From Callorhinchus milii (Eukaryota), in the NCBI RefSeq assembly GCF_018977255.1, contig NW_024704805.1, positions 1-64,000 of the forward strand: DNA of 64,000 nt, read 5' to 3'. Numbering within the stretch: the stretch's first letter is position 1; the number at the start of each line of letters is the position of its first letter. The notes under the pieces are model-generated. The model searched no databases, was not told the origin of the DNA, and saw nothing but the letters and a program-made list of their open reading frames with translations. Shown piece by piece: positions 12,880 to 24,039 of this stretch. A program made the position numbers and the translations under genes.

Positions 12880-12936
12880 GTTTTGTTACAGTTACTTTGG
12901 TTCCTGATCCATCTTTGTATTCTGTTCTCCGTGTAC
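12880..12936 (-). CDS. NAR-TCR J segment, cassette 1
   Basis: TRRTEYKDGSGTKVTVTK followed by phase-1 donor C|GTGAGT. The D-G-S-G-T-K-V-T-V motif is IgNAR-J-like. 5' RSS: CACAGTC (12937-12943), 23 nt, GCTAAAACT (12967-12975). Confidence 0.9.
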
Positions 12937-13318
12937 CACAGTCACTCAACTCTCGTTCTACAAGGTGCTAAAACTGTTCTTACAGATCATGGTTTCACAC
13001 TGGCACCAACACAATCAAATTCTGACAAATTGATCATTAGTTCTTATATCTCCACCCCTGTCACTTCTCCGTACTTTTCGTCTGCCAAGTCACGTTTAGC
13101 TTCAATAATATTTCCACAGAAACACAATAAAAGTGAAAGACACATAGAACCTCTTTCTTTAAATAACTCCAGAAATTTCTGCTTGAAATAATTAATTGCG
13201 TAAGCAAGCTTTCGACACATTGAACAAAATGAAAACAGGACGCAGTTATCAGTGTCCACGTCCAATGTTTTATGATGAAAATAGCGGTACTGTATTTGCG
13301 CTGAGGTTTTCCAATGTG

Positions 13319-13335
13319 GTTTCCCCGAATACCAA
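13319..13335 (-). CDS. NAR-TCR D segment, cassette 1 (TTGGTATTCGGGGAAAC)
   Basis: G-rich 17-mer open in all three frames. 5' RSS: CACAGTA, 12 nt, GCAAAATGG (13336-13363). 3' RSS: CACATTG, 12 nt, GCAAATACA (13291-13318). Identical in all three cassettes. Nonamers are imperfect. Confidence 0.8.
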
Positions 13336-13715
13336 CACAGTATTTAATGTCAATGCAAAATGGCTGGTTTGTGAAAAAAATTAAATTATTTCTGCCTTTG
13401 AAATGATCAATGAATGACATAACGTGCCATGTGCTTTTGAACATTTTCCAAGTGGAACTTAACAATCCATCTGTCTGCAATGATTAAATTGTGTATATGA
13501 AAGGCAGCCAATGTCCAGTCATACACACTCTCTTTTCCTATCTATTCATAAATGATGATTGCTTCTCGAAACAATTGTTATTATATATCATAACTCGTCA
13601 AATACGAACGAAGAATGTGCATTAAATTCAATGATAGGCTCATATTCTCTGTGTTTTTGCTGCGAGTTGGTGAAGAGGGTTTTTGGAGTGTCGGAAGCCC
13701 AGATGAAGCATTGTG

Positions 13716-14004
13716 GTATACCAATACTCGTAACGAGCTTTACAGTAATAGTCTGCGCTGTCTTCAACTTGCAAGTCATTAATTTCTAGTGAAGACGTCT
13801 TTGATCCCTTGTCTGTCTTTACAACAAACCGTCCACCACGAGGGATGGGCTTCCAATGTTCCTCGTCTCGAAAATGCCTAAAATAGTCCATGGTCTGGAA
13901 ATAGTCATTAAATCCCGCTTTGAAGACACAATGAATAGTCAAAGACTCGCATTCTTCTTTCCTAACAGAAGATGGCGTCTGATCTACTGAGGCACTGAAA
14001 ACAT
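13716..14004 (-). CDS. NAR-TCR V exon (IgNAR-like V domain), cassette 1
   Basis: VFSASVDQTPSSVRKEECESLTIHCVFKAGFNDYFQTMDYFRHFRDEEHWKPIPRGGRFVVKTDKGSKTSSLEINDLQVEDSADYYCKARYEYWY. VNAR hallmarks are VDQTP, GGRF, GSK-S-SL-I-DL-VEDS and a short Cys-Cys spacing of 62 aa (no CDR2). Extra FR1 Cys. RSS: CACAATG (13709-13715), 22 nt, CCAAAAACC (13678-13686). Confidence 0.93.
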
Positions 14005-14396
14005 CTGAAAATTATATACTACATGTCATTAGTTAAAAAGATCTTCAACACTGACCACTTCTCATCAAGTTACATTCCTACCCTTGGCTTGTCTTAGTTG
14101 ATATCAATTGATATAATCTAATCTTTATATATAATATAGTTACAAAATTAATTTACCTAAACAATTTTATAAATGATGAAATACGGCTTTCATAATACAT
14201 TTTATACCAAACGGCTGCCACGTTTCGACCACAAAAAATATAGTCAGTTCACTTTACAATATATTCAGTGAAGCGCGTTGTGACGGCTCTTCGACGTCGA
14301 TATGCGATATATCAAATTCAAGGATTATTATTATTAGTAGTTTATCGCATACTGTTATGATGACATCCACTGGTTCTGTGTAATAGAAACACTTAC

Positions 14397-14439
14397 ATTG
14401 TAAGAAGAGGAAGGAGATGGACACACAGAGGAGAGACAT
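14397..14439 (-). CDS. Leader exon of NAR-TCR V, cassette 1
   Basis: ATG, MSLLCVSISFLFLQ, phase-1 donor T|GTAAGT; in frame with the V exon acceptor at 14004. Confidence 0.9.
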
Positions 14440-15188
14440 TCTCTCACCGCTGGGAGATACCGTCAGCCCCGGACAACTGAGAGTGACTGTGAGTAACACA
14501 GGGCTGTTCTGTAAGAGCGTTGGAGACTGGGTTTATTTGTGTTGAACAGCGTCACATCATGGCTGGTATCAGCAGCTTTGAGGGATTGGCGGTGGTTGGT
14601 TTGGAGGCGGAGCGGAAAAACATACATTAGGAAAGGTACTGACTATCTGTGCCCGAGAGCTTGGAGCAGAAGAGGGGGTGTTTGGGTGTGACTGTTGACC
14701 ACTCAGTAAGGATTAAATGGACAAATGACGAGGAGCCAATGGGAGGAATTACATGCAGACACTCGGATTGGGTCAAAGGGTGTGTGATATTGAGAGGGGC
14801 TTCACTGAGAGTTCGGAAAGACACATAAAAAAGCAACTAGTACACCAGTGACTTGGAGTGAGTTTTATTACAGTGACCAGCAGCTGGGTGTGGAGGCCGC
14901 TCAAAGCAGCGGGGAGTTCGATTGAAGGTTTGGGGCATTTGTAAGAGCCGTGGGTATTAGAGAGGGTGATAAAGGAATGGAGGGGCTGTATGGCCCGTAG
15001 CGGGGAAGACGATGAAGTCATAAGGATGTTTAGTGTACACTATATCCCGTGAAGCGCTTTAAGACGTCACAAAGACATAAGTTGCTGTATTTATCAGAAA
15101 TGTTATTATTGGTCTGTGCCTCTGGAATTCTCTGTCTGTCTGTCTTTCTGTCTGTCAACCTGTCGGTCTGCCTGTCGATCTCCTTGTC

Positions 15189-15385
15189 NNNNNNNNNNNN
15201 NNNNNNNNNNNNNNNNNNNNNNNNNNNNNNNNNNNNNNNNNNNNNNNNNNNNNNNNNNNNNNNNNNNNNNNNNNNNNNNNNNNNNNNNNNNNNNNNNNNN
15301 NNNNNNNNNNNNNNNNNNNNNNNNNNNNNNNNNNNNNNNNNNNNNNNNNNNNNNNNNNNNNNNNNNNNNNNNNNNNNNNNNNNNN
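15189..15385. other. Assembly gap (N run)
   Basis: 197 N. Other gaps at 35588-35724, 36605-36734 and 62980-63228. Confidence 1.
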
Positions 15386-18053
15386 CATTAGTTTAGTTTA
15401 AATGCTCCACACACACAGTCTCACACACAGACAAAAACACATATTCAAACACACACCTCTCTTTACTGTTTAAAGCAGTATGAATCCGCTTGTTTGTTGA
15501 ATGTTGGATCGCTTTCCAGCAATAACATTTCCGACAGAATAATAATAATAACAATTTGATTACTTAACCCATGAGTGTGTGTAGGACGGAGCATTTTTTA
15601 GGTAAACGCTCAAATTGTGCGCCACTTCTCGCCTACAAAATAAACAGTCACTACACTTTACAGTGGATTCTGTGAAGCACTTTGTGACGCCTCGATGACT
15701 TGATGAGGCACTGTATACAATTGAAGGAGTACGATCATTATTAATGTTTTTGACGACTGTCATTGGTCTTGAGCATTCGGTTAATTTAGTGGGTTTGAAG
15801 AGGAGGCTGAAAGGTTGATTGACTTTATATTTTGTGTTGAAGATAGAGCAGTCAACGGACAGTCTTGGATTGAGTGACTGGATTACTAATCTACTAGTTT
15901 ATTTATTGAAATTTACAAAAAAACAATATATTTGTTTTATTGTTTAAAGGATTGTTGCCACCGGGAAACCGATCTGTCAAAGAAAGAAGATATGGTTTCC
16001 TACATACAATAAGGTAAGCAAAGTCATGTGTGTACTAAGGAAACTGCCTGACGTTTCTCCCTGCCCGGGAATCGAGCCCAGGTTCTCTCGCTTGCGACAC
16101 TAGTTCTCTAACCACTGAGTTACAGGACGACAAATTATTTGTAGTGCTCAGCCCCAATGACACGTCCTCACGACATGAAAGCTGCTTTGTGAAAGTCAGT
16201 TCTGTTGTATTATTATTTGGCAAAATCTGACGGTGTTCAAGGAGATTAACAGTTTAGGTGTTGGTTCGGGATGAGTGGATTTAACAATCGAGCAAATTGG
16301 GTTAGAAATACGCAGGCATCCATTGAGTGCAGGACTATATTTAACGTTGAACTGAACAGGCAGACAAGTAATAATCAGTCTAATAATAATGATATTAACA
16401 ACCTTTGCATTTGTTACAGTGTCTCGTTGAGAATTCGAGACAGCTCGAAGCTCCAAGCACTTCACAGAATATACTTCAAAGTTTATTGACTGTATATATT
16501 GTGGCAGATACCCGGCTGCCAATTGCCCACAGAAGTCTAACAAATAGCAGTGCATTAAGTGATTACATTGTTTTTTTTAATGGTTTGATAAGCTAGGAAA
16601 GGCGGTTAGTCTCATCCCAAGAACGCATATACCTTTCTCTTGCAAATTCTCTCGAATTTAAATATAAATTACTTTGGATCGCCATGTTGATTAAAGATTC
16701 AAATGATAAACTCGCTGATTCAGATGGCCTGACATGTTAACGTCTTGATGAGTTTTAAAATAACAGTAGCCTGTCGCCCTCTATTGGCCAACATGTAACA
16801 GTACAGCTATGCTTCATGTTTTAAGCAGAATTTGACATAAAGCAATGATGAAATTTACAATGTGTTGTGGTATCCAGTGGCTTATATCACCTGAGGCTCA
16901 GAGTAGTGTAACACACCCCGCTGTCAGTCACTGAGACGCACAGGTATTGAGGCTCCGCCTCCCACGCACTAAGTAATAATAATAATAAGCTTTGCTTTTG
17001 ATACAGCGCTTTTCACGTCTTCAATTCGTCTCAATGTGCTTCACAGAATATGCTCTAAACTGAATTGACCGTCCACTTGTGGACAAAATTCGGCAGCCAA
17101 TTGCGAACAGCTGTGTCCCACAAATAGTCGTGGATTGAAAATTTCCTATTTAGGGTTGATTTTGTTTAGATGGAATTTTTATCGTTCGTGTGGAGCAAGG
17201 AATCTTGCTGAAGGTTACGGCTTGACGCGAATTGAATCCAGGTGTCTCGATTGCAAGGCGAATGCTTTAACCCTCAGACACAATACTCCACGTTGCAAAC
17301 TGAAACAATTCAATAGAAACTGGACCAATGCCGAACGCATTCATTAATTGTTGTCTGCGTTTATTGCGACAGATAATGATCTGAACGTTTACCTGACAAG
17401 TTGACGTGAGGTGAATGTGTTTTCCTCTGTGTCTGGCTGCAGACGTATCTGCTCGCTGTGTAGCTTCAAGGCCTGACCAAGGTTCTGCATACAGTTAAAG
17501 TGACGGAATTTGCCTCTCTACAAAAGTGAAGGCGGTTTTTTTACGAGACTTGCAGTGCAGTCTTTCACTGTCATCTACACCCGGGTGGTTTATTGCTGCT
17601 GGATAAACAGCGGTCTGTGTGTGGAGTAAGGAAACTTGCCTAAGGTTTCACAAGACCCGGAATTGAACCAGGGTCCTCTCGTTTGTAAGACGAGTGTTGT
17701 TCCCACTCCGCCACACGGCTCCGTGCAAATAAACAGAAAACAAAACAAAAACAGGATTGGCTTTTATTTTATTTGCAAACTGAAGTAAACCAAGAGCAAC
17801 AGCGCCTGGAACGCCTAACTCGGTCATTAGTTGTTGTCTGCATTCATTGTGACAGATAATGATATAAACCTTACCTGACAAGTTGATGTAAGGTGAATGT
17901 GGTTTCCTCTGAGTCTGACGAGAGACGTGTTTGCTCTCCTCAGGGCCTCAAGGCCTGAACAAGCTTCGACACACATGTCAGCAGACAGATCATCCCTATG
18001 TAGAAAATGAAAGCAGTTTTTGTACGAGACTTACAGTGCAGCCTGTCACTGTG

Positions 18054-18366
18054 GTGAGACTAAAGGCAAATTAATACACAGCGCTGTCAGACACCATCAG
18101 CTCAGAGATGGATAAACTGGTGAAGGAACTAGATTTGTACAGCTGTGCAGAGAAACGATCACCAAATCACTTTCCTCTTTCTTGATTGTTTTTCCAAGAA
18201 TATCTTACAGCTATAAACTCTGGGTGCTTTTCTCGGTAATATCCGTACCGTAAGAGATGTTACTGGCTTCCATTCGTGGAAAAGGTACATTCAAAAGTCG
18301 CAGTTTCTCTTTCATTCCTTACTATCTGGGCAAGTTTCTGACTGAAAGTGTCCCCATCACAGAGTT
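18054..18366 (-). pseudogene. TCR alpha/delta V pseudogene (paralog of V at 49468)
   Basis: LCDGDTFSQKLAQIVRNERETATFECTFSTNGSQ*HLL...GK*FGDRFSAQL...SDSAVY*FAF has three in-frame stops and lacks the second Cys. RSS: CACAGTG, 23 nt, ACAAAAACT (18015-18053). Leader at 19002-19047 has ATG changed to ACG. Confidence 0.88.
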
Positions 18367-19863
18367 CTGTAATAAACATGGAAGAAAACGGAAATTTGTT
18401 ACCCACTATTTTTCCCAATTATTTTTTCAGCGACTTGGGACGTTATCCCGATGAGAAAGGCGCTATTACATATTTCATTTGTCTATAAAATAGTCAATAT
18501 ATTTTACACAGCAGTTTATCACAATGTTCTGAGGTCTGAAAGTTCTACGCATATTAAACTGTAAGGTGAATTGCAGTGTATTTTCATTCGTGAAAGGCAG
18601 CAACCAACTGTGCACAGCAATGTCCCACAGTTACTCGTGGAATGAGTTGTCAAATTATTATTTTTAATTTTGAATGTCCTTTTGTCCCTGGAAAAGAGAT
18701 TCACCAATCCGCTCATAACGTTGTAGAATCTATTATTATTTCGATTATAATATAATCCTTTATGTCAAGCAGGTGATGAGGCAAGCAATGTCCTACTTAT
18801 TGTTAGGTAAATAGAGGTGTGTGAGAGAAGTATGGAAACTTGAATAACGTTTCGATTTATCCTGTTAGGGAATTAACCCAGGTCTTCTCGATTAGCGAGG
18901 CGAGTGCTTAAATCTCTCTGCATAGTTCTCCCACTGCCAACTTTTGTTGAAATGGAGCTGATGATCAGCAACAACACTGAATTAGCTCAACACGGCCTCA
19001 CCTGATATAAAGGTTCCCAGCACCAGACAGACAGCAAACAGCCTCGTTGCTGCTCTTCAGTCTGTGTGGTTGTGTCTGTGCATCAGTTTGCTGATAACCC
19101 GCAGTGATTGTCGGTATTGGCGGAGCCGCAGTCTCACGTCACCTCATTGGTATCTCAGGTATTTCAACACAACAACCAATTGCTTTTATACATCGTCTTT
19201 CAGTCACTGGGGTCAGGGAATCCTCCCACTCATCTTATTTTAATCCTTGAAGCCATAACAATAACAGGATTCCTCCCACTCAGCTCCTCTTAACAATGCA
19301 ATCCAAAGCCCTAACTGGCAGGCTGATCATAATGATAATATAATAATAATGCTTCCGTTTTCTGCAGCATCTTATGAAATCATCCATACGTCTCAAAGCG
19401 TTTCAAAGAATACATAATGAAGTGTGGTGACTGTATGTTCTGTGCGCGAAAATTGTCAGCCAATTGCATACAACAGTGGGCAGTAAACAGTCGTCCATTG
19501 AGTGACCAAATTATTTATTATAATTTTTTTTAGGAATTTTAACGGTGGTAAAACCATCAGGTTCCTACCTACAGCTAAACAGAGGTTTGTGCATTATGTA
19601 AACTTGCCCAACATTTCGCGCTGTCGGGAATTGGAAACAGGTATGTACCTTAACCAAGATTATGGCAAAAGTCGTTGACATCGTCGGGTGATTGAGTTGT
19701 TTTTGTGACTCTCGAGTGCTGTCGATGTGCCTGCTTCTTGTGTCTTTTTCTCGTCTCCTTTCCCTCAGGAGATCGCTGCTGCGGCAGAGAGAGAGACAGA
19801 AGCACAAACCCACTAAACACCGTCAGTTTTTGTACGAGTCTCTGACTGGTTCCCATCACAGTG

Positions 19864-20072
19864 TGGGTCGAGAGCACAGTAATACACAGCGCTGTCAGAC
19901 AGCTACAACAGGGAGATGGTTAAAAGGCTGAATTTTTTCGAAGTCTGGAGTTGAGCAATGAACCGCTTTTTAGCAAGAGACGTATCATAATGACATTCCA
20001 TGGTCACAGTTCCTTCTTCTTTCCCAGTCACTGAAGTCACCTTCTGTGTCACAGAGTCTCCCTGGGACAGGC
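19864..20072 (-). pseudogene. Internally deleted TCR alpha/delta V pseudogene
   Basis: LSQGDSVTQKVTSVTGKEEGTVTMECHYDTS/LAKKRFIAQLQTSKKFSLLTISLL*LSDSAVYYCALDP lacks FR2 and CDR2 and has one stop. RSS: CACTGTG, 23 nt, ACAAAAACT (19825-19863). Confidence 0.85.
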
Positions 20073-20730
20073 CTGAAAGAAACGAACGTGGAGTCCTTTG
20101 GCTCAGTGGTTAGAGCCCTCGCCTCGCAAGAGATACGACACGGGTTCGATTCCCAGACAGGACAGGCACAATCTTAGGCAAGTTTCCGTAACGCACACCC
20201 CTGTGGTTACCCAGCCGTACGTATAAAACTGTTTGTTATACAATTAGCAGATCGCTTTCCGGGGATAATATCCCCTTCAAAAATAAAAGACGTTTAACTT
20301 CTGTTCAGAAAATCATTGCTAATGTAGGGGACATTACTGGACGAAATTGGCAGTCACTGCACATTACAATATGTTCTTTGAAGCATATACTGTTGACATG
20401 TTGACGCGCTGTATCAGACGCCAACATAATAATTATTATGATTAATAAAACCAGGCTATAAAAGAAACCGTTTCAGTAAACTGAGTTTGACAACTGATTG
20501 AAAGATTTACAATTGTTACCTATTAAAATGGCAGTGAGAGCCAGACACTCACCGCCTCCCACCATCACCATCACTCAATCCACAGCTGAGATCTTGCGTG
20601 GAAAATATATTGGTGCTGATCGGAGGCGTACGGCTCTGAGACACGTGACACTAAATAACTATGACCTCACTTCCTCGTGTACTGTCCCGCACAGTAAAGT
20701 AAAATAAAGTAAAGTCACAGTAAAGGCTTC

Positions 20731-21230
20731 GTGACCACATCACTCCCACACTCGCTCGCCTCCGCTGGCTCCCCATCCCCCAGAGGATCGAAACCAAGAT
20801 CCTCATCCTCACCTGCAAGGCCATTCAGGGCCTTGCTCACTCCTACCTCTCTGACCTACTATCCCCCTACTTACCTGCCCGTACCCTCCGTTCCTCTGGC
20901 TCCGGTCTGCTTCACATCCCCCGCCCCAACCGCCCTACCATAGGTGAACGGACCTTCCGCCTCTCAGGCCCGAGGCTCTGGAACTCTATCCCCCAGTGCC
21001 TTAGCCGCTTCCTCCCTTTCCTCCTTCAAGGTGGGTCTCAAGACCTTTCTCTTTGACCGTGCGTTCAACTCCCCTCTCGACTCTCTACCCGCTCCTCGCT
21101 CCGTCCCTTCCCTCCCCTCACCCTGACCGTTCCCCTTTGCTCGTGTCCTGACCCAACAGTAAGGCGCCTTGGGACGTCCTCCCGACGATAAAGTCGCTCT
21201 ATAAATGGAATCTTGTTGTTGGTGTTGTTC
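20731..21230 (+). mobile_element. L2 LINE 3' fragment
   Basis: Nucleotide-level match to 9120-9660, including the GGGACGTCCTCCCGACG tail. Confidence 0.85.
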
Positions 21231-21379
21231 CTATTCAAGTGCTCAACCTTGTAGGGAAGGTAAAGTGTCACAGTTCATTTTCTGGGGGGAGGTGCGAGTG
21301 TATTTCCTTCGAGCCAATTCGATATGGTGACAGGATTTACACTGAAATGAAGACCTGATTTGTTGGTTTCCATGATATC

Positions 21380-21800
21380 ACAGTGGTGGGATTGAAAATA
21401 ACTATATAGAAATTTAAAGGTGAAGGTGTGGATATGGAATTCGATCTGAGAGTAACAGAACATACAGATTTTTGGATAGTCTGCAATTTTTGAATGCAAG
21501 GGGCAGGTTATAGAGTGAGCACACAGTTGGTGTAATCCAGCCTGGACATGATCAATGCAAGAATTTAGATGTAGAATCAAGGAAACCAGCAGCCAAGCCT
21601 GAAAGAATAAATTCTATCATCAATTCTGAGGTGACATACTCTCTCTCTTTTAGGTGTACATTCTCTTTTCTTTCAGAATGTTTTTGGATTAGGATCCAAG
21701 TCGACAATTTGAGATCAGAATCTAGATTGAAATTCAAATTCAGGACAGTGATAGGGCTGTACTGTCAACAATCGACAGCTAAAAGCCATCACTCAGTTTA
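21380..21800 (-). mobile_element. Old degenerate L2-like remnant
   Basis: Minus-strand peptide ALIMSRLDYTNCVL...IQKLQTIQKS resembles L2 RT (TSRLDYCN...KLQ.IQN). Confidence 0.5.
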
Positions 21801-22929
21801 TCACTATTTGTGGGGAAATTAGTGTGTGCAAATTGCCTATTGTATTACTTAATTTACATTAGCTAACAATTTCCTCTTTTCTCCCACCTCAAACTTGAAA
21901 GGCACGATATTAAACGCAAGGAATATTATTATTATTGCTGAAAAATCCTGCATGGAACTACGTCAAAAGCCAGGGAACGTATACCTAAGAAAGTTAATCA
22001 ATTCCTAAGTTAAATGAAACAAGCTTAGTTTCAATTTTCTACCCAAACAAACGAAATCAAACGTCAATATTGTCCTTAACAAAGTCTAGCCGTTTGATTA
22101 CTGCAGTGAGATCCACTTACAGGCGGCTGCTTATTTGAGAGAGCGACAATAAAATAGAAAAAGTGCAACAGAATTTTTTTCTTGAGCAAACTAAGCCTTG
22201 TGTTAATGCTTTGGAGAAACATTTGTACATTTCAGTTGAAGCAGCAATAGTTTGTATGAGGGAACCAATGTCAACCGTTACAGGAAGCATCTGTTATTCC
22301 TACCAAGGAAGTTAGTTACCTGACATGTTTTATAAGTTGCAACTCGTGTTTTATATGTGTTTAGTGCACTATCTGCTGGTGGAGTGTGGTTATATCCCGT
22401 GTGCAATTGGAGACACTTGACGGCAAATTATTCTCTGCCCGCCTTAATTATCCAGTTTTGAATGGCGCTAAGTAATAATATAAGTTGTTATTTATGTTTT
22501 ATTACTGATTAAAAACCAGAGGAAAAGAAGTGCATGGGCAGTTTCGCCCAGAAAGTAAGATATTTGAAGTTATTTCTGTGATAACAGCGACATCGTATTT
22601 CATAATAATCCTTGCATTTGATTATAGTGCCAAATCACATCTTCCAGACGCCTCAAAGCGCTTCAGAGGATATATTATCATCGAATTATCTGCATATTCT
22701 GTGGGTAAAAAGCAGCCAATTTCACACATCAGTGTCCCATTGGATAAAGCGACTGATAGATTTTTAATATTATTATCTTAAATGAATTATTAAACCGTAA
22801 TTATTAAATCCGCTAATCGACTAAAACCAGAATTCCTACTTTTACTGCCAGGAATCAAACCCAGATCTCTCCTTGATCTCTCTTGCGGGGCGAGTGCTCC
22901 AACTACTGAGCTACAGGAATCCACATGGT

Positions 22930-23116
22930 AGTCTGCATGTTTATTGATCTCGTGCTCAGGATATACTCTGGAGCTTTGGTGGAACATTGACGGTACCAGC
23001 AAAGATCGGGATCGCTGGAGTTGTAGCTGTGTAATTACATTGCAGATAAACATCCTTCCCTTCATTCACTGTCTCGGCAGATTAAAGCCATGTCGTTGAG
23101 TCTCCTGCACAATGTC
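22930..23116 (-). pseudogene. 3'-truncated V pseudogene of the HC(A/G)GD family
   Basis: Acceptor tttgcag|GA. HCAGDSTTWL*SAETVNEGKDVYLQCNYTATT, frameshift, DLCWYRQCSTKAPEYILST, then a jump into 3' flank homologous to 31790. The 3' half and RSS are deleted. Confidence 0.8.
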
Positions 23117-24039
23117 CTGCAAACCAGACACAAAACAGCCTTCAAAACAGTAATATTAGTGATGATGGAACCGCTTACAATTTATATAGTGACTGATAAC
23201 ATCTTGGAGATGTCCGCGAGCTTCATGTAATATGGATTAAATGTATGCTCTGGGCAAAGCGCAGCAGCCAAAGCGCACATAATTGACCCATAAAACCCCT
23301 GGTTAAAGTGTCCATATTATCACAGATTATACATATTTTTCAGGGATTATCACCACCATAAAAGTCATCTGCCTATAGGCCTGTATCTGAAACCGATTGG
23401 AAATGTGTCCAGTAGTCATACGTTCGTAAAATAATAATATTAATAATAATGTTAATGTTTGCGTATGATACAGCGCGTTATCATGCCATTGAGACGTGTG
23501 CAAGCGCTTCACAGTCTACGTTATAGAGTGTAGTCACTGTGTTTTGGGGACATAATGCTGCATACAAATATTTATGGTTTGAGAGACCAAATTGTTGTTA
23601 TTATTATGTTTTAACGGATGATTACTCGATGGCAAGCAATCAGCCAATCGACTACCAACCGTATTCCTACGTCTGCTGTGTATACACAGCCGTATGTGTG
23701 AAGCAAAGAAATTTGCCCAACGTTTCAACCCGCCCGGGAATCGACACCAGGTCTTCTCGCTTGCGAAGCGAATGCACTAATCAATACACAACAGGACTCT
23801 CGATATGTTTCACCGTAAGCTAAATCAATGATCATGCTTTAAGCGCCGGTTGCATTACAGACAATCAATCAATATTTCCCAATATGACTCCCAACTGCTT
23901 GACAGTATTTCTCTATACTGAAACAGGTACAAAACGCTGTTTTATTTTTGTTCGATGCAATGACGACCGCTCGCGGTGTATCAGAAAATCAACCAGTTGG
24001 AGATGTTGTACAGAGCCGCCATAGCACGGCAGCAGTGTG

